Shown: piece by piece, positions 62,885 to 64,000 of the stretch
Layout of the letters: every line of letters begins with the position of its first letter
How positions within the stretch are numbered: the stretch's first letter is position 1
DNA from: Octopus vulgaris
Taxonomy: Eukaryota
Length of the DNA stretch: 64,000 nucleotides
Direction: 5' to 3'
NCBI GenBank assembly: GCA_951406725.2
Contig: OX597821.1
Coordinates: 16,616,001-16,680,000, forward strand
Translations under genes and position numbers: made by a program
Notes under the pieces: model-generated
The model's database searches: none
What the model saw: only the letters and a program-made list of their open reading frames with translations
What the model was told of the DNA's origin: nothing

Positions 62885-64000
62885 GAAGATCACTGCGTAC
62901 TTTTTTACATTAAGTAGTTTTGGATTCTAGTAACGGAAATGTTTAAGCCTATGCAGTAAAACGTGTCTTTTATACGAAGTTTATCTAAAAACTGCTACCT
63001 CATTTTATTTCTGTTTTACTATTTCCTATGTTTGTTTGTGTCATTATGTATGCCTTCATTTTTTTGTGTGTACATTCTTTCAACTTTCAATGTGTGTGCA
63101 TATATACATTTTGAGTTTTTATATTAATTTTATACTTTCCATTCCCTTACCCACGTCACAACGCAAAATATTGCACAATTTATTGGTGTTGATTGATCGA
63201 TTAATATAACATGGGCGATGAGATCAAAGAGAAATATTAGGCTTTCAAGTTATAGTTTGCAATGGTATGGGAAGCAAAGAGGGAAGTGCCTATATAAATA
63301 GATTATGTTTATAATTTTATTTAGAAACAGCCATAATTGCTACAAGCAATTAAGCAAGATTTCCTTGCTTGCCTCCAGATACACATCTCCACCTCCAATC
63401 AGAAGCATCACTATGACTGCCACTACAACCAAGGAAAAAACTTTTACCCGCAAATCAATACGTTGAGAATCGATACAATATAAGTTATGATTGACAAGCT
63501 GCAGAAACAGAATATATATATACATGTAAACAAGAAATAATAAACCTTGCAAGCATTTGTTTATATTTACTAAAATACTTTTCCTTCGAGGTTGGGACTA
63601 TTACAATCAATTTACTGTAGTTCTGTTCTCAGGAAAGACATAAGTATACGACGGAGTAATTCTTTCTTAAATATAATATTTCTTAATTTCTTTACCATAC
63701 GTAAATTAGTTGTTCAGAAATACCATATTAGCATATTTTACATCACATTCATTGCTCTGACACTGTTCTTACTTCACATCTTTTACGGCTGAAAAATAAA
63801 TAATTCTTTGTATATGAGTATTGCATTTGCAATTAGTGTATTTTATAAGCAGATGAAATATTTCCTGGATATTTTTCTCCAGCAATTTACGGTCACACCG
63901 TGTACAAACAATTTGTTCTACCCTACATAAACTTTTAATGCCCACTAAGAATAGCAGCTTTAGCCATATTTTCGTATTCCTGTTTTTGAAGTCATATCCA

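Overview
AT-rich, repeat-saturated eukaryotic DNA with no recognisable intact host gene. The SINE families and (TA)n/(CA)n load point to a coleoid cephalopod, probably Octopus (inference). Most ORF-track entries are microsatellite translations. Real coding remnants all belong to transposons: three CR1/L2-clade LINEs, RTE fragments, two mariner copies, a Tc1 copy, Helitrons (one with a PIF1 helicase fragment) and at least five Penelope-like elements (PLEs), including a near full-length Naiad-type copy with direct pseudo-LTRs (17.1-22.6 kb). The main signal is about 14 complete, degenerate or half hammerhead-ribozyme (HHR) motifs in PLE-type termini. Their catalytic cores show three alternative forms of the tertiary 3-8 pair (C3-G8, U3-A8, G3-C8). 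Several sit in or beside long fold-back palindromes, often in (TA)n. One PLE 3' end carries a tRNA-like Pol III module upstream of its ribozyme, and one 320-bp HHR mini-element has a 15-bp target-site duplication (TSD). All structures were read by eye, and coordinates of degenerate elements are approximate.
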